Source of the DNA: Raillietiella orientalis
Taxonomy: Eukaryota
Length of the DNA stretch: 64,000 nucleotides
Assembly (NCBI GenBank): GCA_036172245.1
Contig: JAYWIR010000030.1
Span: forward strand, 1,612,001-1,676,000
Reading direction: 5' to 3'
The notes under the pieces were generated by a model. That model saw nothing but the letters and a program-made list of their open reading frames with translations. It ran no database searches and was not told the origin of the DNA. The position numbers were made by a program, and so were the translations under genes. This document shows positions 1-10,961 of the stretch, one piece after another. How positions within the stretch are numbered: position 1 is the stretch's first letter; each line of letters opens with the position of its first letter.

Positions 1-880
1 CGGAGAGTTGCAAGTGATGCGGTCATGCGCAGCTTTACGAGGGATTGCTAGTTCCACCATTCGGAGATGCCGGAGAAGCAAATCAGAGAACAAAGAGACC
101 AAGAGAACAGAGAAGAAGCAAGCATCAGAATGCACCACGGAAGACGTCAACCTTTGGAATCCGTCTGAGGAAAAAAACAAGATTCATCGTCTTTTGAGGA
201 ACGTAGGTGGAAGGATGAACAGAGGGGCATTCGAGGGAACTTCTCATGAAGTGCGAGAGAGCAGAAAGCTCCCTTCAAGATCCTCTTCCTTTTCCACCTG
301 TTCTCCCTTCTCCATTATTTCTTCTATTCATCTGCATTTATTTTATTTCCCTTTCGTTCCTTCTTTTCTTTCGAGGAGTCGCTCTTGCGAGCGAAACGAT
401 TCCTGCAAACACCTGTTTTCCGCTTTGCCGAGGAGAGAAGAGTGACAGCGAATTTTCCCGTGGGTATCCAGATGTCGCTCAGCTCAGAGAGTCAAAGGAT
501 GCGCTCAGAATCATAAAAAAACGAATTCTCCCTTCTCCACTGCTCCTTTCTCTCCACAGTGACCCTTCTTCCTCCGCTGCTTAGGGTCTTCTCCACGAGT
601 GCACCCATCTCTAGTTCCCTGGGACCTCAGAAGGAACATGACCTTACTGCCCCTCATCCGAAAGACGCTTTCCAAACAATTTTGATTCTTTCTGCGGCGC
701 TTGCGGCTGTAAAAGGGTCCACTCTCGTAAATGGTCTGAGGTCTCCTACGGCATCAACGGGGGAGTCAGAGGTACCGCGGACCAAGTCAGGGAAAAAATC
801 ATCACCTTAGTGGAAATGAGAATAAAATTCCTCTTGATTTCCACTGAAACGCTTTCCAGTACTTTCCGACAGGTGGATTT

Positions 881-913
881 GGTTAGGTAGGTTAGGTTAG
901 GTTAGGTTAGGTT
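881..913 (+). repeat. Short interstitial (TTAGG)n array (arthropod telomere-type repeat)
   Basis: ggttaggtaggttaggttaggttaggttaggtt contains five perfect TTAGG units plus one TAGG variant. Confidence 0.9.
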
Positions 914-1699
914 TTGAGCTCAGAGAAAACAAGAGGCAGTTCTTCCTAACTCGGAACAGGAAGCGAATCTGGCCACCTGATGCTTCCAGGTCTCTTCGGT
1001 AACGCTTCTGCCTCCTGCACACGCTCACTTCGGGAAGAAGCGCTGCTTCCCAGAACGCAGAAGTGAGGCGACTTCCGGATGCAGCAGCTATCGGAGCTCG
1101 TTCCGCGTTCTCATGGTAGCACGGTGTGGTCTCTGGTCAGATTATGTCACCGAGATTCATTGCGCATTTCCCGATGGCCTCTGGCATCACGTGCTACTCA
1201 GATGATCTCTTCCCCTTTCCACACAGCGCGAATCCTTGTATCTGCCATGAGTCGACTCTGCCTCCAGCAGCGGTAGCGAGAGGCTCAAAGCCACAGGAAA
1301 GAGCTCTCTCTGGACGTGACCTTCGTCCGTCGTCTGTTTGCAGCCCAAGAGTTTCCAGTGGAGACCACCATCTGCTGCTTGTCCTCCTTGCCGTCCTCCT
1401 GAAATTCGGTGATGCTGAGGTTCCGGAGCGTTTCCCGCTGTTTGGGTATCTCTTTGCTGCCTCCGGAGGCTCTGGTGATGCTGAGCCCGCTGAGCTGCCG
1501 CCAGGCAACACCTGACTCGCCGAGCTCGCAAAGCGCTCAGATCCGATGGCGTCACTTGGGAAGAGTTGGCGGTGTATGGCACCATCCCTGGGTCTGAGAA
1601 AATGGAGGATGCTTCTCTGCTGAGCATCCGTTTAACCGAAATGAGTTCAGTCCTACCACTTCTCTCCGCTCTACACCGCCACGGAGACCGGCTGAAAGC

Positions 1700-3050
1700 T
1701 GCCGACAGAGAAAATCAGGAAAAGATTCAGGTTGACTCCGAGCAATTGGTCGAGTGCCCTCCGGAAGGAGGAAGAGGGAGGTCCGCAGCCGCGAAAAAGT
1801 GCCCTCGAGCGTTTCCCAAGAATCCGTCTACTCTAGAAAGCACCTTCCTCGTTCTTTCCTTGGACAAGCCTCGTCTACGAGCCGCTTTCCTCGCCTTTCG
1901 TAGCTGCATTTGATAGAAAAAGCAAAATCTCACAGCGCTCCCTTTCCCTTTCCTTCAGCAGAAGCCTGCCGACGTAGACGTCGGGAGTGTGAGGGATCGG
2001 GTGCCTCGTCACATGTCCTTCAAACAGCCGCCCCTAAAAGGGATCCCTTTTTAGGCTGAGAACGAAACGCTCCTCTCAGGAAGCTCCCAAGGTAAAGCAA
2101 GGAGTAAGGAAGGAATGAAACTCGTGAAGCCAAGTGAAATCATCTTCCGGGTCGATGGGGAGAGCGGGAAGCGGCAAGGAACGAGGCACAGCGACCCCGG
2201 TTAGGCAGTTGTCGTCACTTCGCAAGGGGAAACTCTAGGAAGCAGGAGTTCAAATCGTTCCACAAAGAAGATGCTCCTTGTGCCGGTGGCGGCTTTTTAC
2301 TCCGCGCGGATGGAGCAGGGCGGGGAGGGGAGGATCCTGAAGTGCCACTCGCAAGCTCGGGGCGTCTTCCGGTTTCGCTTGCGAGTGGACGCCGATCTCC
2401 CGCCCGTTCGCGAGATGCTCCGGAAATCCAGGTGTTCCTTGGAGCGCTTTTACTCGCTCTTCCCTCGTCTTCCCTTCCGATCCGGCGGTCAGTTTTGCTT
2501 CCCTTCGTGACGACACGACGACACATCATTCCCCTGCTGACGTCCGCCTACTACGAAGAGAGTCGTTCCTTTTTATTTGCCTCCCACCTCGCCGCGGACT
2601 TCCAGCGGGCGGACTCGCCTCCCGCGGGAGATGCGTCCGCCCTCAAGGAAGCCCTTGCTGCCCGCCTCCCGTCTGGCATTCAGATGCCCACGTTCTTAGA
2701 AAGATCCAGAGCACCGTTCCCCGCGCCGCTTCCTTTCCTTCCGAGACGACACAAGGGCTCCTACATCCGCGAGAAAGCACCTTTCCGCAGCATCCCGGTA
2801 GCTTTCTTACGCCTCAGTGACCTAAGTATGTTCGCGAAGCTTCTTCCAGCAGCGACTGAAAAAGAGTTTCGAAAATGTTGCGGATGTCTTCGGGCCTCTG
2901 GCCCTCACCATTATGAAAGGAGCCAGCCATTCCCGCGTGGGAGACGTAGTCCTCCTCCGATTCCCGAAGAACGAAAACGACTCGACTCTCGCAAGGATTT
3001 CCTTTTTCCGAAATGCCTCCAGGTCTTCCCATGAGCGATAATTGGCTTTC
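1700..3050 (+). pseudogene. GC-rich decayed ORF family (unidentified), block 1
   Basis: Collinear short matches to 26400-27800 at a near-constant offset of ~24.7 kb, e.g. cggggcgtcttccggttt vs ccgggagtcttgcggttt, cccctgctgacgtcc vs cccctgccagacatcc, ttcctttccttcc vs ttccttccttcc. Also matches 8890-9330 at ~7.07 kb offset. The shared frame is interrupted by stops. Confidence 0.5.
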
Positions 3051-6000
3051 CCCTCTTCGGAACCTGAGGATCCTCCAAAACCCTCAAAAACCTTCCTTAG
3101 ACGGCACTGAAGCAAGTCCAGATGGAAAAAGCTTCGTTGCCGTCTAGAGATGCTTTTCTTGTGGGTCCATCCCAGTCTACAGACCAGCGTGTTGGTATTT
3201 GCTTAGTCTTCCTTTCTTTAAAGAATCCTTCCTAAGGCAGTCTTTACAGTTTTTTTTTCTTCTCCTGAACGCTCGACCTTCAAAAAGATATGGGCTGCGG
3301 ATGAAAATGATGAAAATGCAGCCACAAAAATCCATAAGAGTAATTCTCGGCTTTTCCTGAAGCGCTCAGCGCCTCGACGGCCATGCTAGCTTTCCGAGTT
3401 CCGCAGATGATGTCAGTCTTCTTCCTCTGGACCCATAAAGTCATCGGTCTGCGTTTGCCGAGGCGTCCTCTGAGCTGCCACTGATAAGAGCGGATGAACG
3501 ACGCTGTTCGAAAGTTTCTTGTGACCTGTACGTGGAAAGACTCTTAGCTCATTCGACCTTGATTCGGAACGGCCTCCCCTCTTGATCCTGGGAGGGGACT
3601 TTGAGTGCAGACAATCATGTTGTCTCCTTTTCCCAGCTTTCCGTAGGTCGTAGGAAGGGAACGTTTCTGATGCGCCGCGAAAACTGCACGCCTGTTTCTG
3701 GACTCGGTCCAGACCCCTGATGTGATGGCCGCGTGCTGCAGGATCCCAGTGAAAAGCATCAGCGGCGATAGGTACTGCGTGCGTGCTTGAAAAGATGCAG
3801 TCTTCCTGGACTTCCAATTCCCCGGAATCTCGACTTTTTCTTTTTTTGAAAAAAAAAATTGAATAGCTTGATAGTCTGTCAGCAAATCAGATTTCGAGAT
3901 TTCCTTCGCTCGCCGCTTTTCACCGGGAAATTCTGCTCACTTTATGAGATGGCAGATATTGTCAGATTCCCAGAACCGGGAGCTGGGGAATTTGTGGCGT
4001 CTGGATTGGAATTCCTAGAAAAGATAAGAGAGGACACTTCATCGCAAAGATGACATTCCCGCATTCGTCCTCGCTGCACTGAAAGCTCGATATGATGGTT
4101 CCTTCATTTTCTTTCGAAGAAAGCTTTGCTTTTTAAACTCGAAAGCACTGTGTGTTCGAGGTAGTGTTTGTTCACGAGCTCCCAGAGTTGTTCTCTCAAA
4201 GATGCGAATCCTGGAAACTCAAAGCCACAGATTTTAGAGCTCCATATCCGCCGTTCAGAGCCTTAACAGCGCCTCTCACAACGTACTTGCCGAAGATGAA
4301 AGCTTTGTCTACCCTGGTTTTCTGTTACACATTGGATCTTCACGCTCACCTCCCACTGTTCCTGGATTCTCCTTAGACTTAGCAGCGAACAGTCCTTCTC
4401 AAATGGAGGATAATTTTTGAAAAAAGTTGCTGTACTTTGCTTCTCCCTGCTGCCAGATTGATTGTGCAGATTTCAGTAGGCCTCGTCTGCATGCAGCTAC
4501 GAAAGCATCTGCGATGTATTTTGAGAGAGGATGCTGTGGAAATCCATCGGACAATCCCACTTGTACATGTGCAGCCGAAGCGTGCACATATCTTCTCAAA
4601 TCTGCTGTTGGAGACATCGAGGCATGCTAATTTGGTGGTGTGGTGTTCTCTGTGGTTTAAAAAAATTGTCAAATATGCCGGATGTCTGCACAGATTTCAG
4701 TCCAAGACAGCCCATATCATTCGTTCATGTCTTGGAGAAACAGGAAGTAGGTTTAAACTGGAAGAAAGGCAAGATACTGGATCGACTTCTGAGAGGAAAA
4801 GCGGAAGAAGAAGAAAAAAGTTCAAGAAACAGCTCCAAGGCTTATAAGCAGATAACAGAGTTGGTAAAGTAGAGCCCATTTAATTTGTACAAAGGTCATC
4901 GGAGCTTTCGACGCACACATCGACGTAGGAATTTGATATTTTGCTTCGAAAAAAAGCAGCATTCCCTTACAGTGAAAATCCATCTGACTTCTAGCATGAT
5001 AAAACAGAAGAAACCAAGAAGGAAACACGCAGATGCAACTGAAATCAAATTTCATCTTCCATTACTGAAGCTTGGAGGCATTTTGTATTTTCTTCAGGAA
5101 GACCTGAAAATGAGGAAACCGGGTTTCCTTGTAGAAGAATCGTGGGCAACACGAAACGGACTGAAGTGGGAAAAGTGCTGTCCTTCTATACAACCGATAG
5201 AATGAAGCCATTCCGTCGCTGAATATCTATAGCTAACTCATCAGTTTCTTCGCAACTTCTCTGAAACCACCTCAGTAGATGGAACAGGTACGCCACAAGA
5301 GGCAACAGTTCCGACGGAAGCCGAAACCTGCTTCCAAGTGTCTTTGGAACAGACCCGTACAAGGGTCATAACCTGCGGATATCTTAAGACCGCATTATAA
5401 CTGTTATTCTCAGTGTGCAAACCTCAACGTGTGTACCTTTATCTGGCTGAATCTCCTTCAAATGGAACCCAATTAGTGAAGGGGTTTATTCCGATGCATC
5501 GGGGACATGCGTCTCCGATGTGAAAGATTCACCGGGAGCTTCCTTGTCCTCAGTGATTCCTAAAGCCCACTGCAGTCTTCCGAAGGAACCTTCCGACCAT
5601 TCCTATAAACTCTGTCGTTTCTTATCGAGCTCCTCCTATCGTAAACGGCAGCGGATCCAGGGATCTCACTAATGCTGCTTATGATTAATTCTTGTCGATT
5701 CTGGAGCACAAATTCGGCCCAGAGAAATGGCAATGAGAAGCCATGTCAGGAATTCCTCGCTGATCGCGAGGAAAGAAACGCTGAAGCCTTTCGAACGAAT
5801 GCTGTCTTTCGAAAACATTTTGGCAACTTCTGAGTTTATTGTGATTTTATTCGGGGAAGGAGTTGCTCGCTGCAGCTATGCAACTCTTTAGATTTGTTTC
5901 CTTTTCCTTCTCCCTTCCTACTGGGTTAATGTGTCTTCTGGTGAGGCATCCGTGTCACTAGCATGTCACGCTTCTGTAGTTTGGCTCTTTCTGTGTGAAG

Positions 6001-6463
6001 AATTCCATGCAACACATGGATTTACGATCTGCTTCCGTTGCGTAGCAGCGGATTGTTCGATTCCTGAATCTGGTTGTAAGCATCCGTTCAGACGACGTTG
6101 ATCACTCCTGTTGCTTTGAACCCATGATTTAAAATCTTGAACTCTTCCAAATATCCCTTCCGCTTGTATCCTGTACAGCCAGGGATCTGCGCTCCTTTCC
6201 CGCCGGAAAGTTGCCCGAGAAAATTCTTCGTGTAATATCTCACGCACGTATCTGTCTTTTCGCTTATGGAAGCATTGTAATGGACCACATTTTGAAATAA
6301 ACTCTTGATTTTTTGTTTTCTACATTTTTTTCCTATGGGAAGGACGTCTGAGGCATCAAGTCAAGTGAAGACATCAAAGGGCATGATCGTCTTGGATCGG
6401 TTGAAGGACTGCTTCTGGTCCAAGGCAGACATTCCCCCTAGGGTGGACCGTAGCCACACAGCC

Positions 6464-7210
6464 ACCAACTCGGTCGTGAGGCTACGGTCTTCGCGCGTAG
6501 GACCAAAGCGTTGCGGGTTCTAATCCCCACGTGGACGATCGACTCCGAGAAATGGGGGTGCGCCGTGGGTTTCGAGTTTCCCCCGCAAGATGATGCTGGT
6601 TGGCCTACAGGCTTCGGGTGAGGCACCGGTGGAAGCCGGAAACCCCTGAATGCCCCCGATGACACACCGAGACTGGAAGTTTACCCTTCAGGGTCCTTCC
6701 AGGAATCAAAAGCCCTTCCAGATTTCCTTACGGTTGTGAAGATGGAGGGTTCTCCCCTCTCCCTGGAGTGGTCCCTCCATCGCGTAACATGAAGCTGGTT
6801 GACGCTCTCCTAGGGGGTTGCCACTTCAGAGTGTAAGAAGTACGTCTCTCCCTTTAGGGAGCGCCTCCTTCGGGGGTCCCTCCAGAGAAGGAAACAAGGA
6901 GCAAAATCTTTCCGGGGTTTCCCTCCGGAGGAGAAATCCAAGAGCGGATCTTTTCCGAGTCCCCTTCAGAGAGGAAATGATGAGTGGCCGTCTCCAGTGG
7001 GGATAGGTCGGATTTCTCTGGAGAGAATGACGGAGAGGTTCCCTTAAAGGTTCCCCTCGGAGACAACTAGTGCGAGGGTTCCCGTCGGAGTTTCCCTAAA
7101 AGCGAAAGAGGACGGAAAATTTCGGTTTCCTAGCTGCTTATCTGTGTCTAAGGCGTCACGACTGAGGCTGGATAATCTTTCGTCGGCACCTCAGTCGTCG
7201 TAGCGAGTGA
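6464..7210 (+). mobile_element. SINE1 copy A (tRNA-headed SINE-like element)
   Basis: A-box-like cggtcgtgaggct, B-box gggttctaatccc (6515-6527), core cttccaggaatca (6696-6708). The body aligns with the copies at 8374, 24190, 53865 and 60125. Confidence 0.85.
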
Positions 7211-7800
7211 CTGGAGCTTCATCTATCTTACCTGTGAATAGTCGAAGGGGATCGGATCCTTGATCCTTTTCGGCAGCGACCCATGCACCTTCGCATCCCG
7301 AGTTTTCTGCATCTAATGATAAGTGAAGATGGCGGAACCGTGGCGTTTTCCCAAGGGATGCTTCGCCTCGCTCCATCATCTCCCTGAAAAAGCGGAGAAG
7401 TGAGCACCTCGAGTTCAGTTTCGGGATACGCTTCGCCTAGGTCGGGAATTCTATTTCTGGATAGAGCCATCTGAAGCGTTCCGGGATTTATCGCCGCAGA
7501 CCTGCGGATGCTTCTTGCTTCCGAAAATTCCTCGCGCTGGAGCAGCGAGATCGTGAAGTGCCCTTACCGAGTCGGCAGATGATTTCTCTCTCGGCGTGGG
7601 CGTCCGGGAGAACTTGGTAATAAATGGAATTTCGGGAACACCGGTGCTTCCCGTCACTCACGTCATGATGCCGGAAAGATTGGCAAATCTGTCCAGGCCT
7701 TGTTAGAAGCTCTGCCACGCCCCTCCTCTGTTCAGCGAGGAAGATTTTCTCGAGCACTTAGCCGAATCTCGAAGGATTTAGTCAGCCGCAACTCACTAAA
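7210..7800 (+). pseudogene. Possible further fragment of the GC-rich decayed ORF family
   Basis: Only one clear anchor: gagatcgtgaagtgcc (~7547) vs gaggatcctgaagtgcc (~2330). Composition is similar. Confidence 0.2.
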
Positions 7801-8373
7801 GAAGTTGCTGAAGGACACACGGACAAGCCTCTGGGATGCAAACCGCAAACTCCGCACTTGCAAGATCCTCCCCCGATCCCAAAATCCACTTTGTTGTTAC
7901 CATTCTTGCTAGGCTGATTTGTTGGGTTGTCACAGCAGTGGTCAGTTGATATCCTTTTCTGGTTCCTCTCGCCAGCACTAATCTTCAGCTCCTTACCCTC
8001 TCTTCCCACCGCCATGAACCCCAGCTTTAAGACACCCGAGGAACAGTCAAACGGTGATTAGGAGAAAATCTGGATGATTCCCTTTGGTCCAACTGAGCTG
8101 CTCAACAGTCACTGGTTGTCGGAAAAATTCAACACCCACTCTAACTTCTGTGCTCGATCCGGATGCTAAATGGGATGCTGGGATCCTAAATACAAATATC
8201 AGCGATTTCGCTTTCTGATATATGGAAAAGGTCCAAATCATTCGATTTCTCTCTTCAACGTCCTTCGTGGTGGCACGGACTACACAAAGTGGATTATTCA
8301 CGGGTGATTCGTAGCTCGCGCGCCACTCTACAGACGCAGCTTCCCACAATGGACCCCCGGCGTTTGCACGCCC

Positions 8374-8880
8374 GAGTCGGCGGACGCGTGGCTGCGGTCT
8401 CCGTGCGCGGCAACGAGCGTTGCGGGTTCGAATCCCCAAGTGGAGGATCCACGCCGAGAAATGGGTGCGGCACATCCGTCAGCATTACGCTGGTTGGCCT
8501 ATTCGGGTACGGTGCTGCTGGAAGCTGGAAACCCCAGGTTGCCCCCGTTGACAGACTCTGGCTGCAAGTTGACCCTCCGGGGGCCTTCCAGGAATCAGGG
8601 AGCCATTCCCTCCGGATGCGAAATCGGAGACCCCCTCCCTTCTGGGGGTGACCCTCCATCGCGTTCCTTGGAGCTGGTTGAGACTCCCCGCGGGGGATTG
8701 CCTCTCCCGAGTGTCGGAAACGCGCTGCTCCCTTCGAGGCCCTCTTCAGAGGAGCAAACACCGAGTGGCTCCCTTGCAGGTTACCTTCGGAGAAGAAATT
8801 CCAGGAGAGATCCCCTCCCGGGGCACCCCTTATAACTTGACGAGGGACCCGTACCCTCAGGTGGCGTGGACGGCGTCGGA
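8374..8880 (+). mobile_element. SINE1 copy B (internally shortened)
   Basis: Head gagtcggcggacgcgtggct, perfect B-box gggttcgaatccc (8424-8436), core cttccaggaatca (8585-8597), tail taacttg...cgtaccctcaggtggcgtgg. Confidence 0.88.
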
Positions 8881-8889
8881 GAGCTTCGT

Positions 8890-9900
8890 GAGCCCCCTAG
8901 GCAAACTGTTCCCGAGTACTTGGTCCTCTCACCTTGCCCCGCATCGCCTTCCACAGGACAGTGAGGACTCCTCCAGTACACCTCGGTGGACGACTGGCTG
9001 CCTCCCTTCGTTTCGCTCCGAGCCACCGCCCGCCCATCGAGGCACGCGCACAGCAGCGCCAACCGCGGGATATCTCCCTCCACATCTTCCTCCTCTTCTG
9101 GGGCGCCTCAGACCGGTCCTCTGTCTCGCTAAGGAGCAGTGTTTTGCACTTTTCGCGGGACGATTGCACGAGCCGTTGCGCCGCTGCTTGTCGGAAAGAA
9201 GCGAGCGGAGGAGCCAACGGGAAGGGGTCGACGCACGCGGGAGGGAACGGGGAAGTTCCCAAGGAACAGTCGCCACGGACAAGGGCGCGGTCTTCATCCG
9301 AGGTGCCGAGGAGCAGCTTCGAGTCACGTCAGCAGGACGGTGGCAAAGGCTCAGGCAAATTCGCAAGCAGGCAGAGGGCAACCACCGCAGCTCTTCGCTC
9401 GTCGCCTGGAGAAACGTGCCGAGAGGCGCTTCCCTTGGCAGCCGCTCAAACTGACAATCAATTGTTACGGGAATAATCAGGAAGGAGGGCTGCAGGAGGC
9501 TTCCACGGTGAATCAGTCCTCTGCGAGCGACTCGGGCACGGATCGAACTCCTCACCGGAGGAAGAGGAGGAAGCTGCGCGGAGATAGGGCTTGGCGATCG
9601 CGAGAGGGTCGTGATCTTGAGCACCCCGGTCGTGTCGCTGGGCGACGCTTCGCTCCGGTGCGCCGTGAAGGTTGCGCGGAAACCAGGAGCAGCCGTTCGA
9701 CCGGTTTGGCGCGCTCGCAAGAACGGAGGCGACCTCGCCGGTCGGCGGAACGGGGACTGGGCTGGTGAGGCTGCGCCAGTGCGGGAGGAGGCGCGGACGG
9801 CAATCCGACTGGTTGGGAAGAGCCAAACGGGCGCATCGAATGAGGAGGGACCCCAGTGTCCCACCGGAGGCTTGGGGCAACGTCACTGCTAGTAAGAGGT
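8890..9900 (+). pseudogene. GC-rich decayed ORF family, block 2
   Basis: Peptide LPPHL...GVDARGRERGSSQGTVATDKGAVFI aligns with VPRHM...RVDGESGKRQGTRHSDPG*AVVV at ~2000-2220. Segment 9400-9700 matches 25010-25300 (gacaatcaa; atcgcgagagggtcgtgatct vs atcacggggagtggtcctggtct). Confidence 0.5.
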
Positions 9901-10890
9901 CATTGAAAACCTGAAGGTTTCGTTGGCTTAAGAATTCTTATGAGCCTCCTTGTCAGCTCGGCGTGGTTCTGCAATGAAGTGGAAAGAATGCTGTGGTCAA
10001 CCCTAATGACTGGTTAATTAAAGGCATGTAGGAGCCATGAAAATGTTCAGCGTGTCGGAGAGATTGAGAGGTCTGAGGACGATGCGCAGAACGAAAGAGT
10101 ACTGAGACCACTGGCTCCTGGAATGCAGAGGTCAGAGGAACGCACCTTTCATCATGTGAGAGAACATAAGACGGAGAGAAACCCCTGTGAGTCTTTTCGG
10201 AGAGGCACGAGACGACGAAGTCAGAGTGATTCAGGCTAAAAAGGCCAATAAGGAATTCCGAAAGGTGCTGGAAATCTGCACTTCGAGTTTTTCGCATCCT
10301 TTTTTGTGGCGAGAATTCGTCAATCTGAGATGAGGAAACCCTCAGAGAAAAGAATGGATGAATTTGTGCGTTATGTGTTTCCGGGATAAGTCACGGTTGC
10401 GAGGAAAGGAAGCCCACACAACCACAAAGCCTGAAGTTCTTGCAAAACAGCTCATTCTCAACTATGTTTTCGTTCTTGGAATCCCTTAGTTCTCTAATGA
10501 GGAAATTGGTCTTGAAAAGCATTGCTTGCGATGAGTTTCCTTTCTTCAACTGATGACGCCACGCTGTGAAAACACCCAAAGAAAATTCGAGAATTATGAC
10601 ATAATTTGCCCATCGTCAGGAATCTGAAAGCTGGCTTTTGCTGCTTCGGTCTTCAGACCAAGTCACCGGTTAATTACCAAACGTCCACTGAAGAAAAAAA
10701 AAAAGAGAAGAAAAGAAAAGAAAAAAAGAGAGAGAAATGACTTTTGGCGGGTAACTGAGAGCAGCCAAATTGGCACTGCATGTTGAGGATGGTATTCGTT
10801 ATTATCTTTCATGCAACGTAAGACAGAATAATTTTTCGATGATTACAGAGCCTCCGGAGACGCTTGAAGACAAATAGGAATTCGCAGGAA

Positions 10891-10961
10891 ATGATCACCT
10901 TAGCGGAAGCTAAGGTGATCATCATTTCAACGGATGCTTTCTAGAGTTTGCGAAGCAAACT
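10891..10961. repeat. Pair of hairpins: perfect 14-bp stem with GGAA loop, then 7-bp stem with GAA loop
   Basis: atgatcaccttagc-ggaa-gctaaggtgatcat (10891-10922); agtttgc-gaa-gcaaact (10945-10961). Confidence 0.9.

Noticed and set aside
4400..5600. Cys/His-rich peptides faintly recalling CxC/KDZ transposase-associated domains
   Set aside because: Only scattered residues in different frames; cannot be supported without a profile search.
8374..8445. SINE heads as genuine tRNA genes
   Set aside because: A and B boxes are present, but I could not fold a proper acceptor or anticodon stem, and each head continues into the shared repeat body.
8850..8902. SINE1 tail hairpin plus downstream CTAG as a Helitron end
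   Set aside because: The spacing is too long, CTAG is not conserved among copies, and the 5' end is tRNA-like rather than TC.
10550..10575. Hammerhead-like CTGATGA...GAAA
   Set aside because: No convincing stem II, I or III. The other CTGATGA sites I checked also lack the core geometry.
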